The notes below the pieces were generated by a model. That model saw nothing but the letters and a program-made list of their open reading frames with translations, did no database searches and had not been told where the DNA came from. A stretch of 64,000 nucleotides of DNA from an uncultured Methanomassiliicoccales archaeon (GTDB lineage Archaea > Thermoplasmatota > Thermoplasmata > Methanomassiliicoccales > CAZOLG01), in contig CAZOLG010000001.1 in assembly GCA_964580935.1 (NCBI GenBank), positions 3,114-67,113 on the forward strand, written 5' to 3'. Every line of letters begins with the position of its first letter. Position 1 is the first letter of the stretch. Shown here piece by piece: positions 27,890 to 38,621 of this stretch. A program made the translations under genes and the position numbers.

Positions 27890-29554
27890 ATGGCAAAGAA
27901 GAAAGAGAAATTGTTCGACAAGGCCGTTAGGAAGAAATTCCCTGAAGAACCTACAGACGTCAAGACCAGTTTCTACACCTTCGGCGGCTGGAGACAGTCC
28001 AAGAGGAAGAGGGAGTGGGTAGAGCAGGCAAACAAGATCGCCAAGGAACGTGGCATCCCGATGATGAACCAGGATATCGGTGTGCCCCTCGGTCAGAGGT
28101 CTTGGATGCCTTACCAGCTCTCTCACACTGACATGTTTGTGGAGCCTGATGATCTACACATCATCAACAACGCCGCAATACAGCAGTGCTGGGACGATAT
28201 CCGGAGGACCGTGATCGTCGGGCTGGACATTGCCCATCAGGTGTTGGAGAGAAGGTTGGGTGTCGAAGTGACCCCTGAAACCATCAACAACTACCTGGAG
28301 ACAGTGAACCACACCATGCCCGGTGGAGCAGTCGTTCAGGAGCACATGGCAGAGATCTCACCTGCACTGACCGCTGATTCCTATGTCAAGGTGTTCTCCG
28401 GGGACGATGAGTTGATTGACCAGATTGACGACGCTTTCGTCATCGACATCAACAAGGAGTTCCCGGAGGACCAGGCTGAGGAACTGAAAGAGGCCATAGG
28501 CAGTGGACTGTACCAGGCGATCCGTGTGCCCACTATAGTCGGCAGACTGCTTGATGGAGGTACCGTCAAGCGGTGGAGCGCTATGCAGCTCTCGATGGCG
28601 TTCATCAGCTCTTACAAACTGGCTGCTGGTGAGGCCGCTATCGCGGACTTCGCATACGCTGCGAAGCACGCTGCCCTGCTCACAATGTCCACTATGATGC
28701 CCGCCAGGAGAGCTCGTTCACCGAACGAACCCGGCGGACTTCCATATGGTTTCTTGGCTGATATGGTCCAGTCGTACGCGAAGTATCCAGACGATCCAGT
28801 GAGAGCTTCTCTAGAGGGAGTTGCCATCGGCGCTGCTATCTACGATCAGATCTACCTGGGCGGTTACATGTCCGGGGGTGTGGGATTCACCCAGTATGCA
28901 ACTGCTGCATACACTGACAACATCCTGGAAGACTACACCTACTACGCTGCCGACCTTCTCAACGAGAAGTACGGCGGATTCAACAACATGGAGCCCAGCA
29001 TGGACAACATCGAAGAGCTAGTGACCGATGTCAACACCTACTCTCTGGAGAGCTACGAGAGATACCCGGCCGCTATGGAGGCCCACTTCGGTGGATCTCA
29101 GAGGGCCAACGTTGCAGCCGCTGCGTCAGGCATAGCGTGTGCTCTGGCCACTGGCATATCCGATGTGGGTGTCAACGGATGGTATCTGTCCATGCTCCAG
29201 CACAAGGAGAGGCTGGGTAGACTGGGATTCTATGGATACGACCTGCAGGACATGTGTGGTGCATCGAACTCGTTCTCCTACAGGAGCGACGAGGGTCTAC
29301 CGTTCGAGCTCAGAGGACCGAACTACCCGAACTACGCGATGAACGTCGGTCACATGAGCGGATATTGCGGTATGCCCGCGGCAGCCCACTACGGTGCTGG
29401 ACGAGCGTTCGTTTGCAACCCGCTGATTAAGGTCGCGTTCGCAGACCCCAACCTGCCGTTTGACTTCGCTAACATAACGAAGGAATTCGGTCGTGGCGGT
29501 CTGAGGGAATTCAGGCCCGCAGGAGAGAGGACTGCTGTGATCCCACCAGAGTGA
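27890..29554 (+). CDS. mcrA: Methyl-coenzyme M reductase alpha subunit
   Basis: 554 aa. [35 protein letters not shown] (thioglycine/Cys region), [14 protein letters not shown]. Confidence 0.98.
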   Translation: MAKKKEKLFDKAVRKKFPEEPTDVKTSFYTFGGWRQSKRKREWVEQANKIAKERGIPMMNQDIGVPLGQRSWMPYQLSHTDMFVEPDDLHIINNAAIQQCWDDIRRTVIVGLDIAHQVLERRLGVEVTPETINNYLETVNHTMPGGAVVQEHMAEISPALTADSYVKVFSGDDELIDQIDDAFVIDINKEFPEDQAEELKEAIGSGLYQAIRVPTIVGRLLDGGTVKRWSAMQLSMAFISSYKLAAGEAAIADFAYAAKHAALLTMSTMMPARRARSPNEPGGLPYGFLADMVQSYAKYPDDPVRASLEGVAIGAAIYDQIYLGGYMSGGVGFTQYATAAYTDNILEDYTYYAADLLNEKYGGFNNMEPSMDNIEELVTDVNTYSLESYERYPAAMEAHFGGSQRANVAAAASGIACALATGISDVGVNGWYLSMLQHKERLGRLGFYGYDLQDMCGASNSFSYRSDEGLPFELRGPNYPNYAMNVGHMSGYCGMPAAAHYGAGRAFVCNPLIKVAFADPNLPFDFANITKEFGRGGLREFRPAGERTAVIPPE

Positions 29555-29558
29555 TCTC

Positions 29559-29834
29559 ATGGAAGTCGGAGACTACGCCAAGTACGTGAACACGGGGACC
29601 GTAGGGGTAGTGAACGATATCAAGGAGGAAGAGGGAGCGAAATGGATGCTCCTGGACGTCACCGCTCTTTACTACCACGAGTCCACACTCGAACCGGCGG
29701 ATCCCTCTGAGTACAAGGAAGTCTCCGAGAAGGAGAAATCTCTGGACAGAAGCCTTGAGGATCTTGATCGGATGAGAAAGTCGATGAGGGACATGGAAGA
29801 CTCCATCGGCGACATCTCACCGACCGGGACATAA
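29559..29834 (+). CDS. Small acidic protein coupled to mcrA (possibly DUF2098-like)
   Basis: 91-aa ORF starting 4 nt after the mcrA stop, same strand. Small beta-rich N-terminal half, charged helical tail. The family name is a weak recollection. Confidence 0.55.
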   Translation: MEVGDYAKYVNTGTVGVVNDIKEEEGAKWMLLDVTALYYHESTLEPADPSEYKEVSEKEKSLDRSLEDLDRMRKSMRDMEDSIGDISPTGT

Positions 29835-29839
29835 AACCC

Positions 29840-29862
29840 TTTCCACTTTTTACATTTTTAAT
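29840..29862 (+). terminator. Oligo-T terminator of the mcr operon
   Basis: Two T5 runs (ccactttttacattttta) immediately after the last ORF of the operon. Archaeal terminators are oligo-T. Confidence 0.5.
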
Positions 29863-29927
29863 CTAGCTTCCACAGAACAGCGCTGGCGCTGGCCCTTGCA
29901 TTTCTGATTAGAACTAAAACTCAAAAA

Positions 29928-30479
29928 CTAGGAACCGTTCTCTAGATTGAACCCTACCAGTATACTCGCCAGCTCAGGATTGTCTTCCAGTCCGTAGGAC
30001 TTTCTCAGGGCCAGGTCGCCCGGCGGCGAGGGGCTGCAGGACACAACATCACTGGTACCCTCCATCTCTGAGAGTTCGGGGAAGGAGACGGGCGGCAACA
30101 CAAAGCACTCCTTTTTCTTAGGCTTCTTGTCTGTGAACATGACGAACTCTTCGGAAAGGAATATCACGTCGTCCCTTTCCTTGTACTGATCCTTCTCCCC
30201 CGGGAATATCTCCTTGCCCACTATCAGGTCTTCGTCACCGACCAGCAGCACTGTGGGTTCGGGAGGAAGGCGGAACTGTTGGTTCTTGATGATGCAGATG
30301 GTGTATTCCCTCTCTATGCACTCGCACAGACCTTCGTTCCTCAGGTCGACCCCGATACTGGTGTTGATCTGGTCTTCGATGTCTCTCAGCTTCTCCATCA
30401 CTTCCCCGTCCAGTAAGAAGGCTTCTTCCACCCCCTTTAGAGAATGAAGTTTGTCTAGTATCTCTTGGACTCGGTTCAT
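29928..30479 (-). CDS. Conserved hypothetical, paralog A of 34797-35375
   Basis: 183 aa. The C-terminal half (DVIFLSEEFVMFTDKKP...FVLPP...EMEGTSDV...RKSYGLED...LVGFNLE) aligns with the other copy. Confidence 0.6.
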   Translation of the reverse strand: MNRVQEILDKLHSLKGVEEAFLLDGEVMEKLRDIEDQINTSIGVDLRNEGLCECIEREYTICIIKNQQFRLPPEPTVLLVGDEDLIVGKEIFPGEKDQYKERDDVIFLSEEFVMFTDKKPKKKECFVLPPVSFPELSEMEGTSDVVSCSPSPPGDLALRKSYGLEDNPELASILVGFNLENGS

Positions 30480-30534
30480 TTATTCAACATAGAATGGCCT
30501 AATCTATTTTATAGATAGTGCTTATTGACGAAAT

Positions 30535-30852
30535 ATGAGTCTCAAATTACTCTCCAAGAAGAACCCGCCAGTGGTCAGGGCGCTATACAAGTTGAAGCAC
30601 GAGATTTTCAAGGAAGGGGCTTTAGATAAGAGGGAGAAAGAGCTAATCGCAGTGGCCATCTCCTCCATTCAGCACTGCGGAAAGTGCCTCGAGTTCCACA
30701 CCGAGCTTGCCAGGGAGGCAGGAGCGACCGACGAGGAGATCCAGGAGGCCCTTTCAGTGGCCATGTACCTTACGGGACCTAGCACAATGATATGGTCCCC
30801 TAAGATCGACGAGGCCATGGGAGGCCCCACTCTTGAGGACGACGAAGACTGA
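30535..30852 (+). CDS. Carboxymuconolactone decarboxylase / AhpD-like family protein
   Basis: 105 aa. LDKREKELIAVAIS...HCGKCLEFH CxxC core of the CMD/AhpD fold. Confidence 0.8.
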   Translation: MSLKLLSKKNPPVVRALYKLKHEIFKEGALDKREKELIAVAISSIQHCGKCLEFHTELAREAGATDEEIQEALSVAMYLTGPSTMIWSPKIDEAMGGPTLEDDED

Positions 30853-30860
30853 TATCGGCC

Positions 30861-31265
30861 TCACTCGAAGCGTAACTCAACATCTCTGGGGAGTGCCAGT
30901 CCCGAGGCCGCCTCCACGCACTTGAGTATGGCCATAGGTATTGGGCAAGTGGAGTGTTTGAGGAGTTCTCCCGCCTTCCGGTACAGATCGTTCTCCTCGT
31001 ACGGCATGCTGAGGCAGGTGAATGGGTCCAGGGAATTGATTCTCTCCGTCAGCTCGTTGATACATTCACACCCGCTGCACACCTCCAGCTCCACTTCCTC
31101 TCCGTCATAAGTTGCGCAGATAGTGGTCTCAAACTGGCAAACACCGGGATTTACGGTAGCCCTGATCGAATTGTCGTCGTCCGTGCCCATAATCGGGAGG
31201 TTAGGAGTTGCTGGATAAAAGTCTTTTCTAGCCACAAAGTATTCTGTGACCAGTCGAGCCAGCAC
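30861..31265 (-). CDS. Cys-rich hypothetical protein
   Basis: 134-aa ORF with about 9 Cys (CQFETTIC, CSGCEC, CPIPMAILKC). No family recognised. Confidence 0.45.
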   Translation of the reverse strand: MLARLVTEYFVARKDFYPATPNLPIMGTDDDNSIRATVNPGVCQFETTICATYDGEEVELEVCSGCECINELTERINSLDPFTCLSMPYEENDLYRKAGELLKHSTCPIPMAILKCVEAASGLALPRDVELRFE

Positions 31266-31296
31266 TATTCACAAAAGCCTACTCCTACCCCTACTT

Positions 31297-32313
31297 TTAC
31301 TCCTCTCTGCCTCTCATCCTCTGCATGATCTCGAAGACCGCTCCCTTGGTAATGTCAACCACCCCGATCACGGCGATTGACTCGTTCTCCCTGAGGATGG
31401 GGACGGCCACTATTGGAACGCCGGCGTAAGAGCCCCTGGGCGCCACCTTCCTGACGATCTTGCTCTTCTCCAAGACCTCTTCCAGCAGAGGCCCGGTGTA
31501 GCTGCTATCGATCACCTCTCCGCCTTCACACCTCACGCCGAGATGGTTCTTACTCCTCATGGTCACCGGAAGTCTCCCCATCAGCTCGTGAATGGCCAGC
31601 GCCAGGCACTTCAGCTCCTCGGCCTCTGTGTCTCCCGAGAGAATGTTGCATGTCTCTTCCCAGCTCTGATCGTTCTCATTCCCCATGAGCAGAGCAGTGG
31701 TAACCGCGCCCCTCTCGGCAGATAAATACGAATCTCCGGTCCCGATGATGACCACATCGTTCTCTTGGATGTTGAAGACTTCCTCCAGATAAGATATCTC
31801 GTCCGAATTAGGAAAATCATCTTCTCCAGGAAAGGCCAGTCGGCCTCCTTTATATACGAGCGTGGTAGCTCCAGAAGCTCCGGCCCTGATCGCCTCATCT
31901 CTCCGCCTGCATCCGCTATCTACCAGGTGGGCCATCCCCTTGATATGCACCGCGCAGTCGAACTCGTCAAGAGTCAGCTCCGAAAGTGAGACCTTCCTCA
32001 CCTCGATACCCGAGTTACTGAACTTCTTCTCGCCCTTCTGGGTCAGCACAGCTCCTCGACGGGTGTTCTTCACGTCCCCCTCTGCCACCATCTTGTCCAG
32101 TATCGTTCTGGTGGACCCCTCTCCTATAGAAAGCACCTTAGCCAGACTCTTCCTACCTATCGGTCCTTCTTTGTCGATGGTTTCGTACGCCTTCCAAATA
32201 TGGTAAGCTGTGAATTTAGGGGAAGGGCCACCCTTTGAAAAGGAATATGATTGAAGCAACATCAATGGTTGGATAATATATCCATCCTTAAATCTTTTTT
32301 TATTCCACCTCAC
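31297..32313 (-). CDS. Winged-HTH (DUF4443-like) N-terminal domain protein, putative regulator/sensor
   Basis: GPIGRKSLAKVLSIGEGSTRTILDKMVAEGDV wHTH, followed by about 230 aa of unknown domain. Divergent from atwA across a 123-nt spacer. Confidence 0.6.
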   Translation of the reverse strand: MRWNKKRFKDGYIIQPLMLLQSYSFSKGGPSPKFTAYHIWKAYETIDKEGPIGRKSLAKVLSIGEGSTRTILDKMVAEGDVKNTRRGAVLTQKGEKKFSNSGIEVRKVSLSELTLDEFDCAVHIKGMAHLVDSGCRRRDEAIRAGASGATTLVYKGGRLAFPGEDDFPNSDEISYLEEVFNIQENDVVIIGTGDSYLSAERGAVTTALLMGNENDQSWEETCNILSGDTEAEELKCLALAIHELMGRLPVTMRSKNHLGVRCEGGEVIDSSYTGPLLEEVLEKSKIVRKVAPRGSYAGVPIVAVPILRENESIAVIGVVDITKGAVFEIMQRMRGREE

Positions 32314-32436
32314 CGTTACAGCAGCTGTCGATGGACTGATCTGAAAAGACCCTGTGGGAAACGTCCACAGAGATAATCGGGGAAAGATTTATGTTTAGCA
32401 TAGTCGTACGCTGGATTATATGCCTGAGGGGTCCTA

Positions 32437-34137
32437 ATGCCTGAAGAGTCAGAACCCTTTGTTATTCTGGAAAACGTTTGCAAGAAGTTTGATGGGACTA
32501 CCGTCCTTGAAGACATCAGTGCTACCATCAATGTTCAGGAAGTTCTGGGCTTGATAGGCAGGAGCGGCGCCGGTAAGTCGGTGCTAATCCACATGCTCAG
32601 GGGGAGTCCTGACTACAAGCCAGACTCCGGTCGGGTGGTCTACAGGGTGAATAGATGTGAGTCCTGTGGATGGATTGACCTGCCTAGTCACAACTCCATC
32701 TGCTCCAAATGTGGCGGGGAGATGGGAACCGTAGAGATTGATTTCTGGGAACTCGATAACAGGGATCCCAGGCTGAACGAGATCAGATCGAGGATCTCCA
32801 TCATGCTGCAGAGGACGTTCGCTCTGTATGGAGAGATGAGCGTGATAGAGAACATCTTTGAGGCTCTGGGCAAGGACGTGGACGAGAACGAGAAGGTGGA
32901 TAGAGCCATCCAGCTGCTGGAGATGGTTAACCTGACCCACAGGACCACCCACATAGCCAGAGACCTCTCGGGTGGAGAAAAGCAGCGGTGTGTGCTTGCC
33001 AGGCAGTTGGCAAAGGACCCTATTCTTTTCCTTGCCGATGAGCCCACGGGCACCCTGGACCCACAGACGGCTGAACTGGTGCATGATGCACTGGTCAACG
33101 CGGTCAAGACCGAGAAGATGGCCATGGTGGTGACGTCACACTGGCCCAAGGCGATAAGGAAGATGGCTGACCGGGCCATCTGGCTCAGAGACGGCAAGAA
33201 GATCGATGAGGGGGATCCAGATAGGATTACCGAGGAGTTTATGGAGGATTATGACCTCTCCAAACAGGAAGAGGTGGAGGTCGGCGAACCCATGGTTAAA
33301 GTGAGGGACGCCAAGAAATACTTCTATTCGATATCCAGAGGCGTGGTGAAAGCGGTCGATCACGTTTCATTTGATATTAATGAGAGGGAGATTTTCGGTT
33401 TGGTGGGCATTAGTGGTGCGGGGAAGACCACCCTCTCCAAGATGATCTCCGGGATGATGGACGCCAAGATCGTAGCCGGTAGCATCAACGAGGACCTGGA
33501 GATAGAGGCTGATTCTGGTCCCAGGGGTACTTCCGGCAACGGAGAGAAAGGAACCTTCGTCAGGATCGGAGACGACTGGGTCAACATGGCTGAATACGGC
33601 CCTCTGGGGAGGGGAAGAGCCACCCCTTACATCCAGATGCTTCACCAGGAATACTCGCTCTATCCATTTGACACCGTACTCGAGAACCTGACCACCTGTA
33701 TCGGGATCAAGATGCCCGCCGAGCTGGCCAAGATGAAGGCCATACAGGTGTTGAAAGGCGTCGGTTTCAGTCCCAAGAAGGTGGAACAGATCCTCTACTC
33801 TTATCCAGATGCTTTAAGCGTGGGGGAGAAACAGAGGGTGGCCCTTGCTCAGGTGTTGATCCGGGAACCGAGGCTGGTCATACTTGATGAACCCACCGGA
33901 ACCATGGACCCTATTACCAAGATGGACGTAGTTGAGTCCATCAAGAGCGCCCGGGAGGAGTTGGGAGAGACTTTTCTAATCGTAAGTCACGATATGGATT
34001 TCGTCCTGAGCTGCTGCGACAGGGCGGCGCTGATGAAGGAAGGTAAGATCGCCGCCATCGGCGACCCCGAGGACATCGTGGGGCACCTCACCGAGAAGGA
34101 AGAGGAGATCATGCTCGGCGGTGGTGTGGAAGCTTGA
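32437..34137 (+). CDS. atwA: Methyl-coenzyme M reductase system component A2 (double ABC ATPase)
   Basis: Two ABC cassettes ([30 protein letters not shown] and [31 protein letters not shown]). Zn-ribbon insert CESCG...CSKCGG. Confidence 0.9.
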   Translation: MPEESEPFVILENVCKKFDGTTVLEDISATINVQEVLGLIGRSGAGKSVLIHMLRGSPDYKPDSGRVVYRVNRCESCGWIDLPSHNSICSKCGGEMGTVEIDFWELDNRDPRLNEIRSRISIMLQRTFALYGEMSVIENIFEALGKDVDENEKVDRAIQLLEMVNLTHRTTHIARDLSGGEKQRCVLARQLAKDPILFLADEPTGTLDPQTAELVHDALVNAVKTEKMAMVVTSHWPKAIRKMADRAIWLRDGKKIDEGDPDRITEEFMEDYDLSKQEEVEVGEPMVKVRDAKKYFYSISRGVVKAVDHVSFDINEREIFGLVGISGAGKTTLSKMISGMMDAKIVAGSINEDLEIEADSGPRGTSGNGEKGTFVRIGDDWVNMAEYGPLGRGRATPYIQMLHQEYSLYPFDTVLENLTTCIGIKMPAELAKMKAIQVLKGVGFSPKKVEQILYSYPDALSVGEKQRVALAQVLIREPRLVILDEPTGTMDPITKMDVVESIKSAREELGETFLIVSHDMDFVLSCCDRAALMKEGKIAAIGDPEDIVGHLTEKEEEIMLGGGVEA

Positions 34138-34808
34138 AATCACGCATCGGTCGCCACACCGGGTTTGTAGAGTGCAGAGAGACCAAGGGGATGGGCATCG
34201 GGGGAGGACTGGCCCAGAGGGCCACGATCTCCGAGAGCGGCAGAGACGTGGTGGCCGTGGCTATGGGACCCTCTAGGAGACACATCACCAAGCCGGTTTG
34301 CGAGATCACTTACGCCCTGAGGGAAGAGGGAATTGACACCAGCGTTATCGTTCTCAACGCCGGGTCTGGGGTTCCTGCAGACGCGCCCGATGTCAGCACA
34401 GGATCCATATTCGGACTGGACCCCATCGAAGTGCAGAGGATCAGGCAGTTCAAGCTGGCGCTCATCCATCTCGGAAACGTTAAGAACCATATCATCTACA
34501 AGGCAAGGTTGATTCTGAGGAACGTGGACCTCCCGGCGGTACTTGTCTGCCAGGCACCGGTGGACTTCGAAGACTTCGCCAAGATCGGTGTGAAGACCAG
34601 ACTGGTGATGCCCAGGCCTCAGGATGTGGGCACCAAGGGAACACTCAGGGACATCGTCATCGGTGTGGTCAGGGGGGTCACCTGCCCTCAGAACAAGCTG
34701 GACGAGATCGTCTCCAAGGTGAGGAAGCACCTTGAAGGCAGTAATGATACAGGGCCCGCTAGACTCAGCATAGAGGAGGAGGCGGCCATAAGGACCTCAT
34801 CCCGATAG
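34134..34808 (+). CDS. mcrC: Methyl-coenzyme M reductase operon protein C
   Basis: [31 protein letters not shown] matches the McrC N-terminus. TTG start overlaps the atwA stop by 4 nt. Confidence 0.88.
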   Translation: MKSRIGRHTGFVECRETKGMGIGGGLAQRATISESGRDVVAVAMGPSRRHITKPVCEITYALREEGIDTSVIVLNAGSGVPADAPDVSTGSIFGLDPIEVQRIRQFKLALIHLGNVKNHIIYKARLILRNVDLPAVLVCQAPVDFEDFAKIGVKTRLVMPRPQDVGTKGTLRDIVIGVVRGVTCPQNKLDEIVSKVRKHLEGSNDTGPARLSIEEEAAIRTSSR

Positions 34809-35375
34809 ATTGAACCCCACCAAGTGTGTCCAGTAGTCAGTATCCTCATACCCCATCGCTTTTCTTATGTAATGATCGCTTAGGGTGGAGATACTGCCCG
34901 ATGTGATGTCCTGTATGCCTTCCACGTCCTCCAGAAAGGGTAACTCGATCTCGGGGAGCAGGAAGTATGGAGTGCCCTCCGGCTTCACATCGGAATAGAT
35001 CACGAAGTCATCACTGAGGAAGCACACGTCCTCCCTATCAGGCGATACCTCACCCTCCCTCATATATTCACCCAGAACCTGTCCGTTCTCGTCGACCATC
35101 TTCACCGGTGTGGAGTGGTTGAGCACCTCTTTCTCGTGCTCCATTACCAACAGGACGACGAAGCTCCTGTTTAGGCTCTCCCAGACCCCTTCGTTCGTGA
35201 ACGCCATCAGGCCGCCCGCAGCCCCGTTGTCCTCAGCCCTCTTCTCCAGCTCGATGATCTTCTTCTTCTCATCATCACTCAAGAACTTGAGATCGACCAA
35301 CCCGGGGACAAGTCTCAGTTTCCTCTTCACCAGTTCAAGAGTATCCATAGCGCCCGCCATAGCCATATCCGTCAC
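34797..35375 (-). CDS. Conserved hypothetical, paralog B of 29928-30479
   Basis: 192 aa. [17 protein letters not shown]...FLLPE...DVEGIQDI...RKAMGYED...LVGFNLS. Its 3' end overlaps the mcrC 3' end by 12 nt (convergent). Confidence 0.6.
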   Translation of the reverse strand: MTDMAMAGAMDTLELVKRKLRLVPGLVDLKFLSDDEKKKIIELEKRAEDNGAAGGLMAFTNEGVWESLNRSFVVLLVMEHEKEVLNHSTPVKMVDENGQVLGEYMREGEVSPDREDVCFLSDDFVIYSDVKPEGTPYFLLPEIELPFLEDVEGIQDITSGSISTLSDHYIRKAMGYEDTDYWTHLVGFNLSG

Positions 35376-35757
35376 AACAATCCGATAACTGAACTAAAAT
35401 GGTTTCCTATATACTCCGCAAGGCACAGCCTGAGCTTCCCACTCGCGATCGAAGATTTTCCGTCCGAAGAGAATAGCCTTATAGCGCATTTCGCGTCTAT
35501 GACCAGCAACATCAGATGCATCCAAGGATGAATAGGATCTCAGAATCCATCTACGATATGTGCTGAAAGGATGGAGGTGACTGTCACTTACGATGTGGAC
35601 AGTGAGACATGGAACCCCACACAGAGGGCCGTAGAGGCTGCGTTATTCGCCATCGCCCCATGTTCTCCACTGTATTCTTTCTTATCTCCCTCTCTATCGG
35701 TTTTGTCGTCAGCAAAGACCTTGCCGAGATTCTGGAGAAATACCCAACGAGATCTCC

Positions 35758-36057
35758 TTGGTATTCTCTGTAATGGGCGGTCTTCCCCTCATCTTGGAGG
35801 CCGCGGTCTTTGAGCCTTCATTCTATTATCTCCCCATCCCTGTTTTCTCGTATACAGCTGCCCTGTCAATAGCCGCAATCATAATGATATCCGGGGTCGT
35901 CCATTATTTCTTCAGAGATACGACCTCGAAGGCGGGCCTATTATGCTCTGTCCTCAGTATGGTCAACCTCTTCTTCGGGGCACCGGGGTTGGGGACCGTA
36001 CTCACTCTCATAGGGGGACTGACGGCCTATGGTTCCTTCCAAAACACACAGAAATAG
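35758..36057 (+). CDS. Small membrane protein (about 3 TM), hypothetical
   Basis: 99-aa hydrophobic ORF with a TTG start. The start is uncertain. Confidence 0.35.
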   Translation: MVFSVMGGLPLILEAAVFEPSFYYLPIPVFSYTAALSIAAIIMISGVVHYFFRDTTSKAGLLCSVLSMVNLFFGAPGLGTVLTLIGGLTAYGSFQNTQK

Positions 36058-36242
36058 GCACTCATCTTTCTTGATGAAACTCAACCGCAGCAGTCTGACC
36101 CCCTCACCACCGTTTTCAGGAGTCTTCTATCTCGCTGGTGTTCACCCGGATGCAGGAGTAACGTCCCCCATCTGGACCGGACATCGCTCCAGAAAATCGG
36201 GAAAAGTTATTTAGTTTCTTCAGCATTGGGCGGAGTGAATAC

Positions 36243-37757
36243 ATGCATGTGAGCGTGAATGGGTGTGATATGGACGTCGAAGAGGGTGCCACTTTAGGCG
36301 ACGTTATATCTGGCCAGCCTTACCGTGAGGGCGCCGAACTGGCGGTCATAAGATCCGTTGACGAGGTCAAGAAGACCACCAGCAACTTCGAGATAGTGAC
36401 CACTGAAGGCTCGATGGTGCTGGCTCTGAACGAGTCTGAACATGCAGATCTGTTCAAGGACAACATCGAGCAGATCATCGGGCTCAACCTCAGATGGCAT
36501 ACTTCGGGCATACTGGCCTTCGGTTCCTTCCCCACTGACCTGCCTGTAAACGAATCTTCATTTCAGTATTCTAGGTACGAGTGTTTCTTCGCCCTGGGAG
36601 GTTTTGACAACTCTACCACTTACATAATGATCTCCAAGCAGGATCATGAGAGAGGCTACGGCACCAGGAAGGCCGTCTTTGGAAAGATCACCCGCGGGAG
36701 GCACCTTCTGGAGAAGGTGGAGGAAGGAGAGAGGATCGAGGACGTCAGGCCGCTGGTACTCAGCAGGACCAAGAAGGATGCCTTCTCGACAAGCGACCTG
36801 TCTACACGACTGGAAGAGGGGATGTCCATTGAGACCTATGTTAGCATAGCGTTGTCGGAGGAGGCGCCCATGAGTGCGGAACACATACTGGTGACTTCTG
36901 AAAGAGGAGTAATCAACATCAACGAGAAGACGCACACCTATTCCGCCTGCACGGACAACTTGAACGTCTCCCTGGTGAAGGGGCCCTCCGGGGTGAGGGA
37001 GGAGAATGTGGTCACTGTGAGGCATGAGGGGGCGGAAGAGGGCAAGATATACTTCTATCAGAAGAGGAGACAGCTGTCGCCCTTCCACACCATCGCCGGC
37101 AGGTTGGAGAACGGTCAGGAGCTGATAAGACTGGCTCCAGAGGGTTCACGGGTCACCACGATATGCGACCCTCCCAGGTTGATGACCATCGGCATGACCC
37201 AGAAAGAGGGTCAGGAGCTCCTCAACGAGCGGAGCCTGGAGCAGAAGAGGACCGGCTCTGAGGACGATGATTCGGTGATCGTAGAACAGGAGCCCGAGCT
37301 GACCATGTATGCGTTGAATGAGGATCGGATTGAGACCTATGGAGTCCCCAGGGAAGAAATCCACGTGTTTAGTATCAACGACTCCGAGTCCCCGAAAACA
37401 GCCCAGTACTTCAGAGATATCACAGGCCTGGACCACAAGCAAATAGGTACGCTCAAAGTCCATTTCACATTCGAAGGGATGCCCATGGTGACATTCGAAG
37501 GTAGCGAGTCACTGGCCGGGAGGCTAGCGCCCGAGAAATCCTTCGATGAAGTCTCCGAACGTGGGGACGTCGGGGTGACCAACATGTCCAGACCACAGAA
37601 GGGTCTGGTGGGCATTCGATTGAAGGAGAGCGATGAGTTTGGACCCACGGGGGAGGAGCCCCACGGCACGAATATTCTGGGAAAGATTACCAGCTCACTT
37701 GAGAATCTGATGGACGGCCTGGAGGACGGTGATATTATCTATGTCAGAGAAGAATGA
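36243..37757 (+). CDS. mmp3: Methanogenesis marker protein 3
   Basis: 504 aa. Size, position as first gene of the marker cluster, and an N-terminus of the M.V.VNG...EG.TL.D type. Confidence 0.75.
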   Translation: MHVSVNGCDMDVEEGATLGDVISGQPYREGAELAVIRSVDEVKKTTSNFEIVTTEGSMVLALNESEHADLFKDNIEQIIGLNLRWHTSGILAFGSFPTDLPVNESSFQYSRYECFFALGGFDNSTTYIMISKQDHERGYGTRKAVFGKITRGRHLLEKVEEGERIEDVRPLVLSRTKKDAFSTSDLSTRLEEGMSIETYVSIALSEEAPMSAEHILVTSERGVININEKTHTYSACTDNLNVSLVKGPSGVREENVVTVRHEGAEEGKIYFYQKRRQLSPFHTIAGRLENGQELIRLAPEGSRVTTICDPPRLMTIGMTQKEGQELLNERSLEQKRTGSEDDDSVIVEQEPELTMYALNEDRIETYGVPREEIHVFSINDSESPKTAQYFRDITGLDHKQIGTLKVHFTFEGMPMVTFEGSESLAGRLAPEKSFDEVSERGDVGVTNMSRPQKGLVGIRLKESDEFGPTGEEPHGTNILGKITSSLENLMDGLEDGDIIYVREE

Positions 37758-38184
37758 AGGTTCAGACGAGCCAGGCGACATCGAAACCAGGTTGATCGTG
37801 ATCGCTCCCACCTCCCAGATCACACCGGATCAGGTGACCAGGTTCATCCATTCTCTGGAGAAGCCCATCAGCGTCAAGGAGACCTGCTACGGGGCTCTCA
37901 TCGAAGGGAAGCGGGAGACGGTCTGTGGTGTGCTGGAAGAGGTGAGGAAGATGGACCCCAATCGCATATTCTCCAAGATTAGGGGGTTCCCGATGGGAGA
38001 CAAGAGGCGCTGCAGGGCCCACCACGGTTCCAGGCCCGGTTTCCCCCAGCTCCAGAAGGAGTGGGAGGACCTGGCGCTGTTCGAGCAGGCCCTGGAATGT
38101 CTGGACGAAGAGGTGGGAGAACCTTCGAAGAAGAGTGGCAAGTATTCAGTAGAAGAACTCAAACAACTGATTGAAGAGGTGTGA
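37741..38184 (+). CDS. mmp6: Methanogenesis marker protein 6
   Basis: About 147 aa from the ATG at 37741 (the ORF track starts at an upstream GTG). Overlaps the mmp3 end. Position between mmp3 and mmp5. Confidence 0.7.
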   Translation: MSEKNEGSDEPGDIETRLIVIAPTSQITPDQVTRFIHSLEKPISVKETCYGALIEGKRETVCGVLEEVRKMDPNRIFSKIRGFPMGDKRRCRAHHGSRPGFPQLQKEWEDLALFEQALECLDEEVGEPSKKSGKYSVEELKQLIEEV

Positions 38185-38621
38185 AGATGAAGATATTTAT
38201 TTCGCCTCCCAACAGTCTAATCCTGTACGACCTGGTGGAGCGGTTCGGTCACGAGCCCCTGAGCACCATGGGCGCGCTCAAGGACAAGATCAGGAGCCCG
38301 GAGATCGAGTCACCGCCCATGAACATCACGCCGGAGGACGTGAAGAAGGGGCTGGCCTACGCTGGTATCGAGGTACCATCGGGCATTCGAGGCAGGTTGG
38401 GGGTTTTCGGTCCACTTATAGACGAAGCTGAGGCAGCCATCATTATCGACGATCCCCCTTACGCATTTGGGTGTGTGGGGTGCCATAGGACTAACGAGAT
38501 GTTCAAGTATCTGATCAAGAAGAGGGAAATACCTCTCCTGGAACTGGAATATCCAGAGGATGAAGAGGGCGCCAAATACCTGGTCTCACGGGTCCGGGAT
38601 TTCCTGGAGGAGTTAGAATGA
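38181..38621 (+). CDS. mmp5: Methanogenesis marker protein 5
   Basis: 146 aa. 4-nt overlap with both neighbours. Conserved [11 protein letters not shown]-type Cys motif. Confidence 0.75.
   Translation: MKMKIFISPPNSLILYDLVERFGHEPLSTMGALKDKIRSPEIESPPMNITPEDVKKGLAYAGIEVPSGIRGRLGVFGPLIDEAEAAIIIDDPPYAFGCVGCHRTNEMFKYLIKKREIPLLELEYPEDEEGAKYLVSRVRDFLEELE

Noticed and set aside
29190-29260. McrA has Met instead of the usual Gln between the didehydro-Asp and S-methyl-Cys positions (DMC versus DQC).
   Set aside because: I cannot tell without an alignment whether this is lineage-typical. The rest of the active-site region is canonical, so there is no basis for proposing an alkyl-CoM reductase.
35571-35813. 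80-aa ORF, plus a possible frameshift linking a short TM-encoding ORF (from about 35660) to the 35758-36057 membrane ORF.
   Set aside because: The frames are closed by stops and no homology is available to anchor a frameshift. Only the downstream hydrophobic ORF is listed, at low confidence.
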